NCBI GenBank assembly: GCA_016195715.1
Contig: JACPZA010000031.1
Location: forward strand, 60,336 to 124,335
DNA length: 64,000 nucleotides
Direction: 5' to 3'
From: Candidatus Daviesbacteria bacterium
GTDB lineage: Bacteria > Patescibacteriota > Microgenomatia > Daviesbacterales > UBA10151
Shown here: piece after piece, positions 51,370-63,259 of the stretch
Layout of the letters: the number at the start of each line of letters is the position of its first letter
Position numbering within the stretch: position 1 is the first letter of the stretch
Made by a program: the position numbers and the translations under genes
Notes under the pieces: generated by a model
What the model saw: the letters and a program-made list of their open reading frames with translations, nothing else
Database searches by the model: none
Told to the model about the DNA's origin: nothing

Positions 51370-52110
51370 ATGGAAACTATTTCTTTGGTTGCAGATAAGA
51401 TTGGACAAATTGGACCAGTTCCAGTAACTAATACTTTACTTGTTAGCTGGATTGTCTCAGTTTTTTTAATAATTATTAGCTTAATTGCTACCAGAAAAGT
51501 TAGTTTAGTTCCTACTCCCTTGCAAAACTTTTTTGAATTTATAATTGATACAGGTTATGCTCAAGTTGAAGATTTATCTCATGACAAAGCTAAAGTTATT
51601 TTTCCTTTAGTAATGACATTTTTTTTGTTTATAATTTGTGCTAATTGGATTGGACTGCTGCCTGGATTTGGGACAATTGGGTTTAGGGAGCTAAAAGATG
51701 GTAAAGAAGTTTTTGTACCAATTTTTCGTTCAATAAATGCTGATTTAAATATGACCTTAGCGCTAGCTTTAGTTTCTGCAGTTGCAACTCATGTTTTAGC
51801 CATTAAATATCTTGGAATTTGGGATTACTTAAAACGCTGGGTATCGCTAAATCCCATTTTTCTATTTGTGGGAATTTTGGAAATTATTTCTGAGTTTACA
51901 AAAATCATCTCGCTTTCTTTTAGGCTTTTTGGTAATATATTTGCGGGAGAGGTTGTACTGGCAACAGTGTCAAGCATTTTTGCCTTTTTTGTGCCTTTGC
52001 CTTTTTATTTTCTAGAGTTAATTGTGGGATTTGTTCAAGCAGCGGTGTTTATGATGTTAACTCTAGTTTTTATTGTGCTACTTACAGAAAAGCACGGAGA
52101 AGAACATTAA
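51370..52110 (+). CDS. atpB: ATP synthase Fo subunit a
   Basis: NWIGLLPG, SLSFRLFGNIFAGE, VQAAVFMML. Confidence 0.96.
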   Translation: METISLVADKIGQIGPVPVTNTLLVSWIVSVFLIIISLIATRKVSLVPTPLQNFFEFIIDTGYAQVEDLSHDKAKVIFPLVMTFFLFIICANWIGLLPGFGTIGFRELKDGKEVFVPIFRSINADLNMTLALALVSAVATHVLAIKYLGIWDYLKRWVSLNPIFLFVGILEIISEFTKIISLSFRLFGNIFAGEVVLATVSSIFAFFVPLPFYFLELIVGFVQAAVFMMLTLVFIVLLTEKHGEEH

Positions 52111-52133
52111 AGAAAGGAGGAATAAACTTTTAA

Positions 52134-52352
<219 letters not shown>

Positions 52353-52355
52353 TTT

Positions 52356-52416
52356 AAGCTCTTTTGCACCAAACTTTAGTTAATTTAAATAGTTTGGGTT
52401 GAGCAAAAGAGCTTTT
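52356..52416 (+). terminator. Stem-loop after atpE (partial terminator or mRNA stabiliser)
   Basis: AAGCTCTTTTGC...GCAAAAGAGCTT 12-bp arms. Confidence 0.55.
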
Positions 52417-52456
52417 GCGTTGCGCGGTCTGATAAAATAATTTAAAATTTAACGGC

Positions 52457-52957
52457 ATGGAAATATTACAAAGTTTTGGTATTCAGCCTCTATTACTTGC
52501 GGCTCAAATAGTTAATTTTTTAGTACTTTTATTTATTTTAAAGCGCTTTTTATATAAACCAATTTTAAAAGTTTTAGCTGATAGAAAAGAAAAAATTGCC
52601 GAAAGCTTAAAAAATGCAGAGGAAATTGAAAAAAGACTTTTACAAATCGGGATTGATAGAGAAAAAAAATTAAAAGAAGCTTCGCTTGAAGCAACAAAAA
52701 TGCTTGAAGATGCCACCAAAACTGGTGATCAAATTATTAAAGAGTCCCACAACAAAGCTGCATTAGATATTAAAAAATTAGTGGAAAAAGCGGAAACTCA
52801 GATGAAACAAGACCGAGAAAAAATGAATCAAGAGGTTAAACAACATTTAGCAGATTTACTAGTTTTAAGTTTTGAAAAATTAGCTGATAAAGTTTTAAGT
52901 GAAAAAGATCAAAAAGAGATGATTAGAAAATCCATTGAGGAGATAAAGTATGATTAG
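52457..52957 (+). CDS. atpF: ATP synthase Fo subunit b
   Basis: AQIVNFLVLLFILKRFLYKPI...R; coiled coil. Confidence 0.93.
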   Translation: MEILQSFGIQPLLLAAQIVNFLVLLFILKRFLYKPILKVLADRKEKIAESLKNAEEIEKRLLQIGIDREKKLKEASLEATKMLEDATKTGDQIIKESHNKAALDIKKLVEKAETQMKQDREKMNQEVKQHLADLLVLSFEKLADKVLSEKDQKEMIRKSIEEIKYD

Positions 52958-53348
52958 AAACCGTCGCTTAAATAATTTAATAGGTAAAATGGTGAAAAAT
53001 AGTTTAGATAAAAATGGTCAAGTTGATGAAAAAAAAGCCCTAAAGTTTGTTAAAGTTTTAAAAAGTTTTAAATCAGGTTTAGCTTTAGCTTCTTTAATAG
53101 AATTTAAAAAAAGATTAAAAAAAGAGTTGGAAAAACATATTCTATATATTGAATCAGTTACAGAGTTTCCAAAAGAATTAACCAAAGAAGCTGTCAAATT
53201 AGTTTTTAAAAATTATGCTGTAACTTCTGTAGAAAATAAAATTAACCCTTCACTTTTAGGAGGGATTCGTCTTAAAATTGCAGATACTGTTTTGGATGAT
53301 AGTTTATTAAAAAAATTAGAACAGTTAGAAAAAAAGCTTTATGAGTAA
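52950..53348 (+). CDS. atpH: ATP synthase F1 subunit delta (short)
   Basis: [22 protein letters not shown]; operon position. Confidence 0.85.
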   Translation: MIRNRRLNNLIGKMVKNSLDKNGQVDEKKALKFVKVLKSFKSGLALASLIEFKKRLKKELEKHILYIESVTEFPKELTKEAVKLVFKNYAVTSVENKINPSLLGGIRLKIADTVLDDSLLKKLEQLEKKLYE

Positions 53349-54900
53349 CTTAATTACTGAGATTGAAAAAGAAATTAAAGATTTAAAAACTAAAGCTGTC
53401 AAAGAAAATGTCGGAGTTGTTACAGAGGTTGGAGATGGAATTGCCAGAATTGAAGGGTTATCTGATGTTAAGTCTTCAGAGATGATTGCTTTTCCTCACG
53501 GACTTTTTGGTTTAGCGCTAAATCTAGAGCAATTTGGAGTTGGATCAGTTATTTTAGGAGATTTTACTAAAATTAAAGAAGGAGACCAAGTTAAAACTAC
53601 TGGGCAAATTTTACAAGTTCCAGTGGGTGAAGCTTTAGTTGGTCGAGTGGTTAATGGTTTAGCCCAACCAATTGATGCTAAAGGCCCAATTAAAACAAGT
53701 AAGCATTACCCAATTGAAAAAATTGCTCCTGGAGTCATTACTCGCCAAGGTGTTTCTGTGCCTTTGCAAACTGGTATTAAAGCTATCGATACGATGATTC
53801 CAGTTGGCCGGGGTCAGCGAGAATTAATCATTGGAGATCGAAATACTGGCAAAACTACCATAGTAATAGACACCATTATTAATCAGAAAGATGTGATTTG
53901 TATTTATGTAGCAATTGGTCAAAAAACTTCTAAAATCGCCCAAATTGTAGCTAGATTAGAAGAACTTGGAGCAATGGAACATACTATTGTAGTTTGTGCA
54001 TCAGCTGCTGACTCAGCAACTATGCAATATATTGCGCCATATGCTGGTTGTAGCATTGGTGAATATTTTATGGATCAAGGTAAAGATGCATTAATTATTT
54101 ATGATGATTTGAGTAAACACGCGGCTGCTTATCGTCAGATGTCTCTACTGCTCAGACGTCCTTCAGGCAGAGAAGCTTATCCAGGCGATGTATTTTATTT
54201 GCATTCCAGATTACTGGAGAGGGCTGCCAGATTAAACAAAGACTATGGCGGAGGTTCACTAACTGCTCTGCCAATTATTGAAACTCAAGCTGGAGATGTT
54301 TCAGCTTATATTCCAACCAATGTGATCTCTATTACTGATGGACAAATTTTTCTAGAATCAGATTTATTTTATTCTGGAATCAGACCTGCAATTAATGTTG
54401 GTTTATCAGTTTCTCGAGTTGGAGGTTCTGCCCAAACTAAAGCAATGAAAGGGGTGGCTGGAAAGCTTAGATTAGATTTAGCTCAATTTAGAGCTTTAGC
54501 TGCTTTTGCTCAATTTTCATCGGACTTAGATCCAGAAACTAAATCTCAAATTGAACGAGGCAAAAGATTAACAGAAATTTTAAAGCAACCTCCCTATTCC
54601 CCTGTTCCCATGGAAGAACAAGTGGTGATGTTATGGGTTGCTACCAATGGCTATTTAGATGAGATAGAAGTTGAAAAAATTAGAGAGTTTGAAAATAAGT
54701 TTGTGGCAAACTTGCGACTGAAAGAAAAAAAGTTGTTATCTGAAATTGCAGATAAAAAAGTTATGGATGAAAAAATGATTGAGCAACTTAAAAAAATTAC
54801 TGAGGATTTCTTAAAACTATTTGGTTCTGGAAAGACTATTAAAACGGAAGAACCAACTGAGAGTAAGAAAAAACCAACTAAAAATAGCAAAAGAAAATAA
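53341..54900 (+). CDS. atpA: ATP synthase F1 subunit alpha
   Basis: [28 protein letters not shown]. Confidence 0.98.
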   Translation: MSNLITEIEKEIKDLKTKAVKENVGVVTEVGDGIARIEGLSDVKSSEMIAFPHGLFGLALNLEQFGVGSVILGDFTKIKEGDQVKTTGQILQVPVGEALVGRVVNGLAQPIDAKGPIKTSKHYPIEKIAPGVITRQGVSVPLQTGIKAIDTMIPVGRGQRELIIGDRNTGKTTIVIDTIINQKDVICIYVAIGQKTSKIAQIVARLEELGAMEHTIVVCASAADSATMQYIAPYAGCSIGEYFMDQGKDALIIYDDLSKHAAAYRQMSLLLRRPSGREAYPGDVFYLHSRLLERAARLNKDYGGGSLTALPIIETQAGDVSAYIPTNVISITDGQIFLESDLFYSGIRPAINVGLSVSRVGGSAQTKAMKGVAGKLRLDLAQFRALAAFAQFSSDLDPETKSQIERGKRLTEILKQPPYSPVPMEEQVVMLWVATNGYLDEIEVEKIREFENKFVANLRLKEKKLLSEIADKKVMDEKMIEQLKKITEDFLKLFGSGKTIKTEEPTESKKKPTKNSKRK

Positions 54901-54908
54901 TTTTTAAA

Positions 54909-54962
54909 GTAGTTCTCGACTGTCGCTCGAACAATAATAGTCTTCGACCGTAAGTGGAGAAG
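54909..54962. repeat. Intergenic repeat family D (short form) between atpA and atpG
   Basis: Matches 43475-43549 without the central insert. Confidence 0.8.
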
Positions 54963-54973
54963 CACAAAAATTT

Positions 54974-55927
54974 ATGGCAAATAATACCAAAGCTTTAAGA
55001 CGCAGGATAAAATCAGTTCAAAATACTTCTCAAATCACTAAAGCTATGCAAATGGTGGCAGCAACTAAAATGCGCAAAGCTCAACTGCAAGCGCTAGCTG
55101 GCAGACCCTATTCAGAAACTTTAACCAATGTTTTATTAAAATTATCTTCCAAAATAAATCCAGAGATGCATAAATTACTTCAAGAAAATAATGCAGATAA
55201 CATTGGAGTGATAGTTTTGTCTTCAGATAAAGGTCTTTGCGGAGCACTAAACACCAATCTTTTTAGAGCACTCCATAATTTTTTAAAGGAAGTAAAAGGT
55301 AACGTAAATTTCTATACAGTAGGTAAAAAAGGCAGAGGTTTTATTTTGCGAAGCAAAACAGCATCTGAAGGAAGTGAAGGGCTGATAGTTAAAACACAAA
55401 AAGCTCTGCAAGCAGATTTTGAAAATCCAGAGTTAGTAACTTTTAGACAAGCTTCACAAATCGCTAAATTAGTAGTTAATTCATTTTTAGCATCAGAGAT
55501 AAGAGAAGCTTATGTTCTTTTCCCTCAATTTATCTCTACGCTGCGCCAAGAACCAAGAATAATCAGACTCTTACCAGTAAGCCCTTCAGTCATCCTGAAC
55601 GACAGTGAAGGATCTCCAAGCCAGAACAAGTCTTTAGATTCTTCGCCTAATATGGCTCAGAATGACAATAATGATTATTTATATGAACCAAATGTGGATA
55701 ATTTATTAGACTATTTATTAACTCACTATGTTGAAACAAAAATCTATCAAGCTTTACTTGAAACTAAAGCTTCAGAACACTCTAGTAGAATGATAGCTAT
55801 GCAAAATGCTACAGACAATGCTAAAGATCTTGTTGAGGATTTAAAATTAACTTATAATCAAACCCGCCAAGAAGCAATTACTAAAGAGCTTTTGGAGATA
55901 ACCACAGCCAGTTTAGCGCTGCAATAA
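54974..55927 (+). CDS. atpG: ATP synthase F1 subunit gamma with two insertions
   Basis: QITKAMQMVA, DKGLCGALN, SEHSSRMIAM, RQEAITKEL. Confidence 0.96.
   Translation: MANNTKALRRRIKSVQNTSQITKAMQMVAATKMRKAQLQALAGRPYSETLTNVLLKLSSKINPEMHKLLQENNADNIGVIVLSSDKGLCGALNTNLFRALHNFLKEVKGNVNFYTVGKKGRGFILRSKTASEGSEGLIVKTQKALQADFENPELVTFRQASQIAKLVVNSFLASEIREAYVLFPQFISTLRQEPRIIRLLPVSPSVILNDSEGSPSQNKSLDSSPNMAQNDNNDYLYEPNVDNLLDYLLTHYVETKIYQALLETKASEHSSRMIAMQNATDNAKDLVEDLKLTYNQTRQEAITKELLEITTASLALQ
55589..55666. repeat. Palindromic element family B, 78 bp in frame within atpG
   Basis: GTCATCCTGAACGACAGTGAAGGATCT...AGATTCTTCGC...CTCAGAATGAC; encodes VILNDSEG...QND. Confidence 0.8.
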
Positions 55928-58001
<2,074 letters not shown>

Positions 58002-58092
58002 GTGAAGAATTATATCTTATTAAGTTAGCGCCAGCAAACTATAGGTTGGAGTTTGCGCTTTTGGCAGACAAAATTCAATCCTTCAGCTATGC

Positions 58093-58362
58093 TCATTTTT
58101 TGTAAACTTCATCATGGGTGCCTAGTTTAAAAAAATAGAAATCACCATTCTCTGTATAAAGCATTCGGTAGCCTTTATCTATTGAAATACTCCAGGTATT
58201 TTTTACTTCTCTTGTGATCTTGTGCAAACGTAAGGATTTATGCCGAGGATTTTGCTTGAATAATTCTAACTGTTTTTGGATTTTATCAAATAATTTAATA
58301 TCTCTCCTCTGAAGTATCTGTAGCTTTTTATGAAAGTCAGGACTAAATTTAATGGATTTCAC
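58093..58362 (-). CDS. RelE/YafQ-like toxin
   Basis: FSPDFHKK, PRHKSLRLHKI, WSISI...YRMLY, GTHDEVY. Confidence 0.85.
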   Translation of the reverse strand: MKSIKFSPDFHKKLQILQRRDIKLFDKIQKQLELFKQNPRHKSLRLHKITREVKNTWSISIDKGYRMLYTENGDFYFFKLGTHDEVYKK

Positions 58363-58613
58363 AAATTCTTGAAGAATTCGTCTATATCTTTAACCTCAAT
58401 TGCTTTATCCTTGTCCTTTAATGCCTTTTTATATGCCTTAATTGTACTGTCTGATGCTTCAAAGATTGGATAATCCATATCTTCTACATCTTTTAAAATT
58501 AAATGTTTAACATAACTTGCTAAAGGCAAGCCAAACTTACTCGCCTTACTTTCAAGGAAATCTTTTAAAGCAACTGGTAGGTTAATTTTAATTTGGGTTT
58601 GTTGGGTAATCAT
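58359..58613 (-). CDS. Putative cognate antitoxin (RHH-like)
   Basis: QIKINLP..LKDFLESKA...LASYVKHLI, acidic C-terminus, 4-nt overlap with the toxin. Confidence 0.7.
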   Translation of the reverse strand: MITQQTQIKINLPVALKDFLESKASKFGLPLASYVKHLILKDVEDMDYPIFEASDSTIKAYKKALKDKDKAIEVKDIDEFFKNL

Positions 58614-58718
58614 AAATAATATTTTATCACCAATTCCAGGACTTTTCAAGGACTAAATTAATCTTTAATCATTTTTATCAACATCTCAGGAATTGGTCTG
58701 CAGGCACAAAATATTGAA

Positions 58719-59078
58719 TTAGTTTATTTCTTCAAAGTTGCCATCTAAGTGTAAATAATAAGTTTCTACTGCTATATCAGGATATTTTTCTTTAATTTTA
58801 TCTGCAGCTGTTTTTAGATCTTCAGCATGCTTTTCTGGCGTTCCCTCTTCTCCATAAGCTCCACAATCTTCATGGTTAACTAAAACTATCTTATGAATAT
58901 CATGTAAACGCTTAGAAATTTCAATTTGTTTAAAAATATTTTCAAAATCTTTAACTCCTCCAGCCAAAGCCACTCTATCAAAAGTTTTTGGTTGAAAATA
59001 TTTTGCAATCCATTGATTGATAAAATCCTGAAAGCGAAAATCAATACAAGTTACTACTAATCCTTCACAGCTGTGCAT
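58719..59078 (-). CDS. Beta-carbonic-anhydrase-like zinc protein
   Basis: CIDFR and HEDCGAY zinc-ligand motifs, LAGG. Confidence 0.75.
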   Translation of the reverse strand: MHSCEGLVVTCIDFRFQDFINQWIAKYFQPKTFDRVALAGGVKDFENIFKQIEISKRLHDIHKIVLVNHEDCGAYGEEGTPEKHAEDLKTAADKIKEKYPDIAVETYYLHLDGNFEEIN

Positions 59079-59173
59079 ATTAAAGCTGATAATATAATAT
59101 CTTTATTTTTCTGACAAGGTTACAAGTAAAGTAACTCATTAGAGTATTTAAGAATGCTATAATTGGATTGTCT

Positions 59174-59584
59174 ATGGCTCAACTGCATTTAAAAATTGTT
59201 ACTCCAGAAAAGTTAATTTATGAAGAGGATGTAGATCAAGTCAATGTGCCATCAGTTGATGGTGAGCTTGGCATACTTCCTCATCACGCTAATTTAATGG
59301 CCAGGCTTAAATCGGGTGAGCTAAGAATTAAAAATGGTTCTAAAGTAGAAGTGATGGCTTTAGGAGGTGGTTTTATTCAAATGGATAATAATAATTTAAC
59401 TGTGATGACAGATTTAGCAATTTCCCCAGAAGAGATTGATGAAAAAGCAGTTGAGGAAGCTAAAAAGCGAGCAGAGCAAGCTTTGGAACAAAAATTATCA
59501 GATGAAGAATATGCAACCACCATCTCTCTACTAGAAAAATCCATCGCTCAACTTAATGTTAAACGTCGCCACAGGGTTCGATAA
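59174..59584 (+). CDS. atpC: ATP synthase F1 subunit epsilon
   Basis: LKIVTPE, GELGILPHHA, GGF, AKKRAE. Confidence 0.95.
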   Translation: MAQLHLKIVTPEKLIYEEDVDQVNVPSVDGELGILPHHANLMARLKSGELRIKNGSKVEVMALGGGFIQMDNNNLTVMTDLAISPEEIDEKAVEEAKKRAEQALEQKLSDEEYATTISLLEKSIAQLNVKRRHRVR

Positions 59585-59631
59585 TAATTTGTTATTGACA
59601 AATTAGCTTTTTTCTTCTAGTGTAGACCTTA

Positions 59632-60153
59632 ATGAACAATCGCTACTACATGTTAATTGGTGCAGTTGTAGTTTTAGCTGTTTTGGGCTTTGTGTTAATC
59701 TCTAGAAACTCAAGTAACCAAACTCCATCCCCAACTCCAGAATCAACTCAGATGATGAAAAGTACTGAATCTAGTTCTGGTGCAATGATGAATGAGTCAA
59801 GCTCAGGAGCAATGATGACTAAGGGTCAAACAGTAACTTTAATAGAAAGAAATTCATCTGGTGAATCTGGAACAGCTAAACTAGAAGAAGTTAATGGCAA
59901 AGTGGTTGTAACTCTAGCTATTACTGGAGAAGGGACTGGAGTTGTTCAGCCAGCTCATATTCATGTTGGAACTTGTCCAGACGTCGGTGCGGTTAAATAT
60001 CCTTTGACCAATGTAGTAAATGGCAGTTCAGTCACAACTTTAGATGTATCGATGGCGACTTTGCTTTCTCAACTTCCACTTGGAATTAATGTTCATAAAT
60101 CAGCTGCTGAAGTTAAAATTTATGTTGCCTGTGGCGATATAAAAAATCAATAA
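59632..60153 (+). CDS. Membrane-anchored CHRD/SOD-like His-Cys protein with Met-rich linker
   Basis: QPAHIHVGTC, INVHKS, YVACGDI; ESSSGAMM repeated twice. Confidence 0.6.
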   Translation: MNNRYYMLIGAVVVLAVLGFVLISRNSSNQTPSPTPESTQMMKSTESSSGAMMNESSSGAMMTKGQTVTLIERNSSGESGTAKLEEVNGKVVVTLAITGEGTGVVQPAHIHVGTCPDVGAVKYPLTNVVNGSSVTTLDVSMATLLSQLPLGINVHKSAAEVKIYVACGDIKNQ

Positions 60154-60159
60154 GTCTTC

Positions 60160-60474
60160 TTAAATTGGGATGTGTTTTTGAGGTGGATGGAAAGCAATAT
60201 CAATTACCTCCATAATTAAATAAATAACCAGTAAATAAATAACTAGCGCTGCAATTGCTACTATATCTAGCGTTTCTCCATTTCTTAGTTGTAAATTTCT
60301 AAAAATATTATGGAAAGGATAAATTAAACTATTGCTGACTTTAACAATCCATTCTACAAATGGAGTGTTGGGATTTGCAGAAAATAATCTTAAAATAATC
60401 CGAAGACCTAAAAAGAAACTAATTACCCCAGAAACAATATCTAAAAAGCTAATTAAAAAATTTCTTAAAGACAT
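60160..60474 (-). CDS. YggT-like membrane protein
   Basis: LRIILRLFSANP.TPFV.WI..VS..LIYPF. Confidence 0.7.
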   Translation of the reverse strand: MSLRNFLISFLDIVSGVISFFLGLRIILRLFSANPNTPFVEWIVKVSNSLIYPFHNIFRNLQLRNGETLDIVAIAALVIYLLVIYLIMEVIDIAFHPPQKHIPI

Positions 60475-60552
60475 TTTATAATCACTATTCTAAATTGCTT
60501 GTAATAAATTGTGGCTAAAATGTTGTAAGAAAGGCATAAGAAAATTACTGAG

Positions 60553-60581
60553 TTTACTGATTCAAGGCTAAACTATATAAT
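60553..60581 (+). promoter_or_regulatory. Promoter for tRNA-Tyr
   Basis: TTTACT-17 nt-TATAAT just upstream of the tRNA. Confidence 0.55.
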
Positions 60582-60595
60582 ATAAGTCTGGAAAT

Positions 60596-60668
60596 CCAGA
60601 GTTGGCAGAGCGGTCGATGCGTCGGTCTGTAAAACCGATTTAGCCTGGTTCGACTCCAGGACTCTGGA
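60596..60668 (+). tRNA. tRNA-Tyr(GTA), archaeal/eukaryotic type (C1:G72, A73, short variable loop), CCA not encoded
   Basis: CCAGAGT/ACTCTGG acceptor, GCA/TGC D stem, TCGGT-CTGTAAA-ACCGA anticodon arm, 5-nt variable loop, CCTGG-TTCGACT-CCAGG T arm. Confidence 0.92.
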
Positions 60669-60712
60669 CTTAATTTAAAAAGTTCAGCCTCTTTTTGTTA
60701 TAATTTGCTTGT

Positions 60713-63241
60713 ATGCCACTTCGCCGTATTGTTAAAAGATCAGATTATTCCAATTTTGGTAAAGTTAAATTGCTCTCCAGTCTTTCAACAGGGCTTTTGG
60801 TAGCTATTTTAGTGTTTATTGTCTCAATAATTGGGGTGGTTGTTTTTTTTGCCACCCAAGTCCCCTCTCCAGAAGCTTTGCAAAATAGAGATATTGCTTC
60901 AGCCACCAAAATTTATGATCGAAACGGGGATTTACTCTATGATATTTTTCAAAACCAAAATCGCACACCCGTAAAGCTTTCAGATATGCCAGATTCAGTT
61001 AAAAAAGCCACCATTTCTATTGAGGATAAGGACTTTTATAAACACGGTGGTTTTTCAGTAACCGGCATTGCCAGAGCACTTTTTGAACTGGTTATTCATC
61101 GTCAAGTAGAAGGAGGAGGTTCCACCCTAACTCAACAGCTGGTTAAGAATGCGCTATTAACTTCTGATCAATCAGTTATTAGAAAAATTAAAGAACTGAT
61201 TTTATCTATTGAAGTCGAAAGATCATATACTAAGGATCAAATCTTAGAGTTTTATTTAAATGAAATTCCTTATGGTGGTACAGCCTATGGAATTGAGGCG
61301 GCAGCTAATTTATATTTTGGAAAGCACGCCAGTGAACTAGATTTAGCTGAATCAGCCCTGCTGGCTGGATTACCCCAGCGGCCCTCTGTTTATTCTCCTT
61401 ATGGCACTCATCCAGAGCTAGCTACAGAGCGCCAAAGTGAAGTTTTAAGAAGAATGGTTGAAGATGGGTATATTACTAAAGATCAATCAGATAAAGCTAA
61501 AGCTGAAAAATTAACTTATCGAACTGCTCAAAATGAGATCGGTTTTAAAGCGCCTCACTTTGTTTTATATGTCAAACAAAAATTAATTGAACAATACGGC
61601 GATAAATTAGTTGAGCAAGGAGGTTTAAAAGTCACAACCACTTTGGATTATGGTCTACAACAAAAAGTAGAAGATATTGTTAAAACTGAGGTAGACAAAC
61701 TCAAAGATTTTAATGTCGGAAATGGTGCAGCTGTAGTTATGAATCCCAAAAATGGCCAGATTTTATCAATGGTTGGATCAAAAGACTATTTTGCTAAAGA
61801 TTATGATGGCAATGTTAATGTGACACTTTCTCTAAGGCAACCAGGTTCAGCAACTAAACCGATCAATTATGCAGCTGGATTTATTAAAGGTTATACTCCA
61901 GCTTCAGTTTTAGTGGATGTAAAAACTGAATTTCCTGGTGGCGATAAACCCTCATATGTTCCAGTAAACTACGACGGACAATTTCATGGGCCTGTTCAAA
62001 TCCGATACGATCTTGGTAATTCTTATAATATTCCAGCTGTTAAAATGTTAGCTTTGGTAGGGGTAAAAAATGTTTTAGATTTGGGTTTTAGGATGGGTTT
62101 AACTACTTGGGAACCAACTGAGGATAATGTTAATTCAGTTGGTCTATCTTTAGTGTTAGGAGGTAGAGAAGTTCGATTGCTTGATCTAACCTCAGCTTAT
62201 TCTGTTTTTGCCAACAAGGGTAAGAAAAATGACCCGGTTTCAATTTTAAAGGTCTCAGATTCTAAGGGAAAAACTTTATATGAATATCATGATTCTGATG
62301 GGACTCAAATTATGGATGAGGGGATCGCTTTTTTGATTTCCAATATCTTAGCAGACAATGGAGCTAGATCTGCTGCTTTTGGTTCAAACTCAGTTCTAAA
62401 TGTTTCTGGAAGAACTGTATCAGTGAAGACTGGAACTACAGATCAAAAAAGGGATAATTGGGCGGTTGGCTATACCCCCTCAATAGTAACTGGAGTTTGG
62501 GTTGGTAACAATGATAATTCAGTTATGAATCCAGCTATCGCTTCTGGTGTTACTGGAGCATCCCCTATTTGGCAAAAAATCATGATTGCTGCACTTAAGG
62601 ATAAGCCAGATGAAAAGTTTGATCCACCATCTAACATTAGCTATATTGATATTGACGGACTAATGGGCGGTACGCCTAAGGATGGCTCCCCAACTCGCAA
62701 GGAATACTTTTTTAAAGGTACTGAGCCAACGACAGTTTCTAATACTTATCAACACCAAAAGGTCTGTAAAGTTAATAATCACCGATTAGCCAATGATGGT
62801 GAAGATGCAGAGGATAAAGATGTGATTGTGTTATCTGAAAGTGATCCAACTGGAGCAAATAAGTGGCAAGCAGGGATTGATCAGTGGGTGTTAACAGCTG
62901 CTGATTCTAGGTTAGTGGGTGCAACCAAAGGTTGTAACGGCATTCCAGGATTTAGTAGTGCCGGGACTCAGGGAGCAATAATTTCTATAGTTAATGTCAG
63001 CAACGGTGCCAATGTGCCAAGAGTGTTTGATGTACTTGCTAAAACTAACTCCCCATTTGGAGTTAAAAAAGTCACTTGGACAATAGACGGTGCAGTTAAA
63101 TCGACTCAAACTGGTGAACCATTTGCTTTGCATGTAGAATTCCCTGAAGGCGATAAGGGCTCACATACTATTTCTGCAACGCTGGAGGATAATAATGGTG
63201 GGAGTTTTTCTTCCACGATTGGAGTGACTGTAGCACTTTAA
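60713..63241 (+). CDS. Class A penicillin-binding protein with C-terminal Ig-like domain
   Basis: EDKDFYKHGG, GGSTLTQQLVKN, RKIKE; SATK, SYN and KTG transpeptidase motifs. Confidence 0.93.
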   Translation: MPLRRIVKRSDYSNFGKVKLLSSLSTGLLVAILVFIVSIIGVVVFFATQVPSPEALQNRDIASATKIYDRNGDLLYDIFQNQNRTPVKLSDMPDSVKKATISIEDKDFYKHGGFSVTGIARALFELVIHRQVEGGGSTLTQQLVKNALLTSDQSVIRKIKELILSIEVERSYTKDQILEFYLNEIPYGGTAYGIEAAANLYFGKHASELDLAESALLAGLPQRPSVYSPYGTHPELATERQSEVLRRMVEDGYITKDQSDKAKAEKLTYRTAQNEIGFKAPHFVLYVKQKLIEQYGDKLVEQGGLKVTTTLDYGLQQKVEDIVKTEVDKLKDFNVGNGAAVVMNPKNGQILSMVGSKDYFAKDYDGNVNVTLSLRQPGSATKPINYAAGFIKGYTPASVLVDVKTEFPGGDKPSYVPVNYDGQFHGPVQIRYDLGNSYNIPAVKMLALVGVKNVLDLGFRMGLTTWEPTEDNVNSVGLSLVLGGREVRLLDLTSAYSVFANKGKKNDPVSILKVSDSKGKTLYEYHDSDGTQIMDEGIAFLISNILADNGARSAAFGSNSVLNVSGRTVSVKTGTTDQKRDNWAVGYTPSIVTGVWVGNNDNSVMNPAIASGVTGASPIWQKIMIAALKDKPDEKFDPPSNISYIDIDGLMGGTPKDGSPTRKEYFFKGTEPTTVSNTYQHQKVCKVNNHRLANDGEDAEDKDVIVLSESDPTGANKWQAGIDQWVLTAADSRLVGATKGCNGIPGFSSAGTQGAIISIVNVSNGANVPRVFDVLAKTNSPFGVKKVTWTIDGAVKSTQTGEPFALHVEFPEGDKGSHTISATLEDNNGGSFSSTIGVTVAL

Positions 63242-63259
63242 TTTAGTATCATCTTATTA

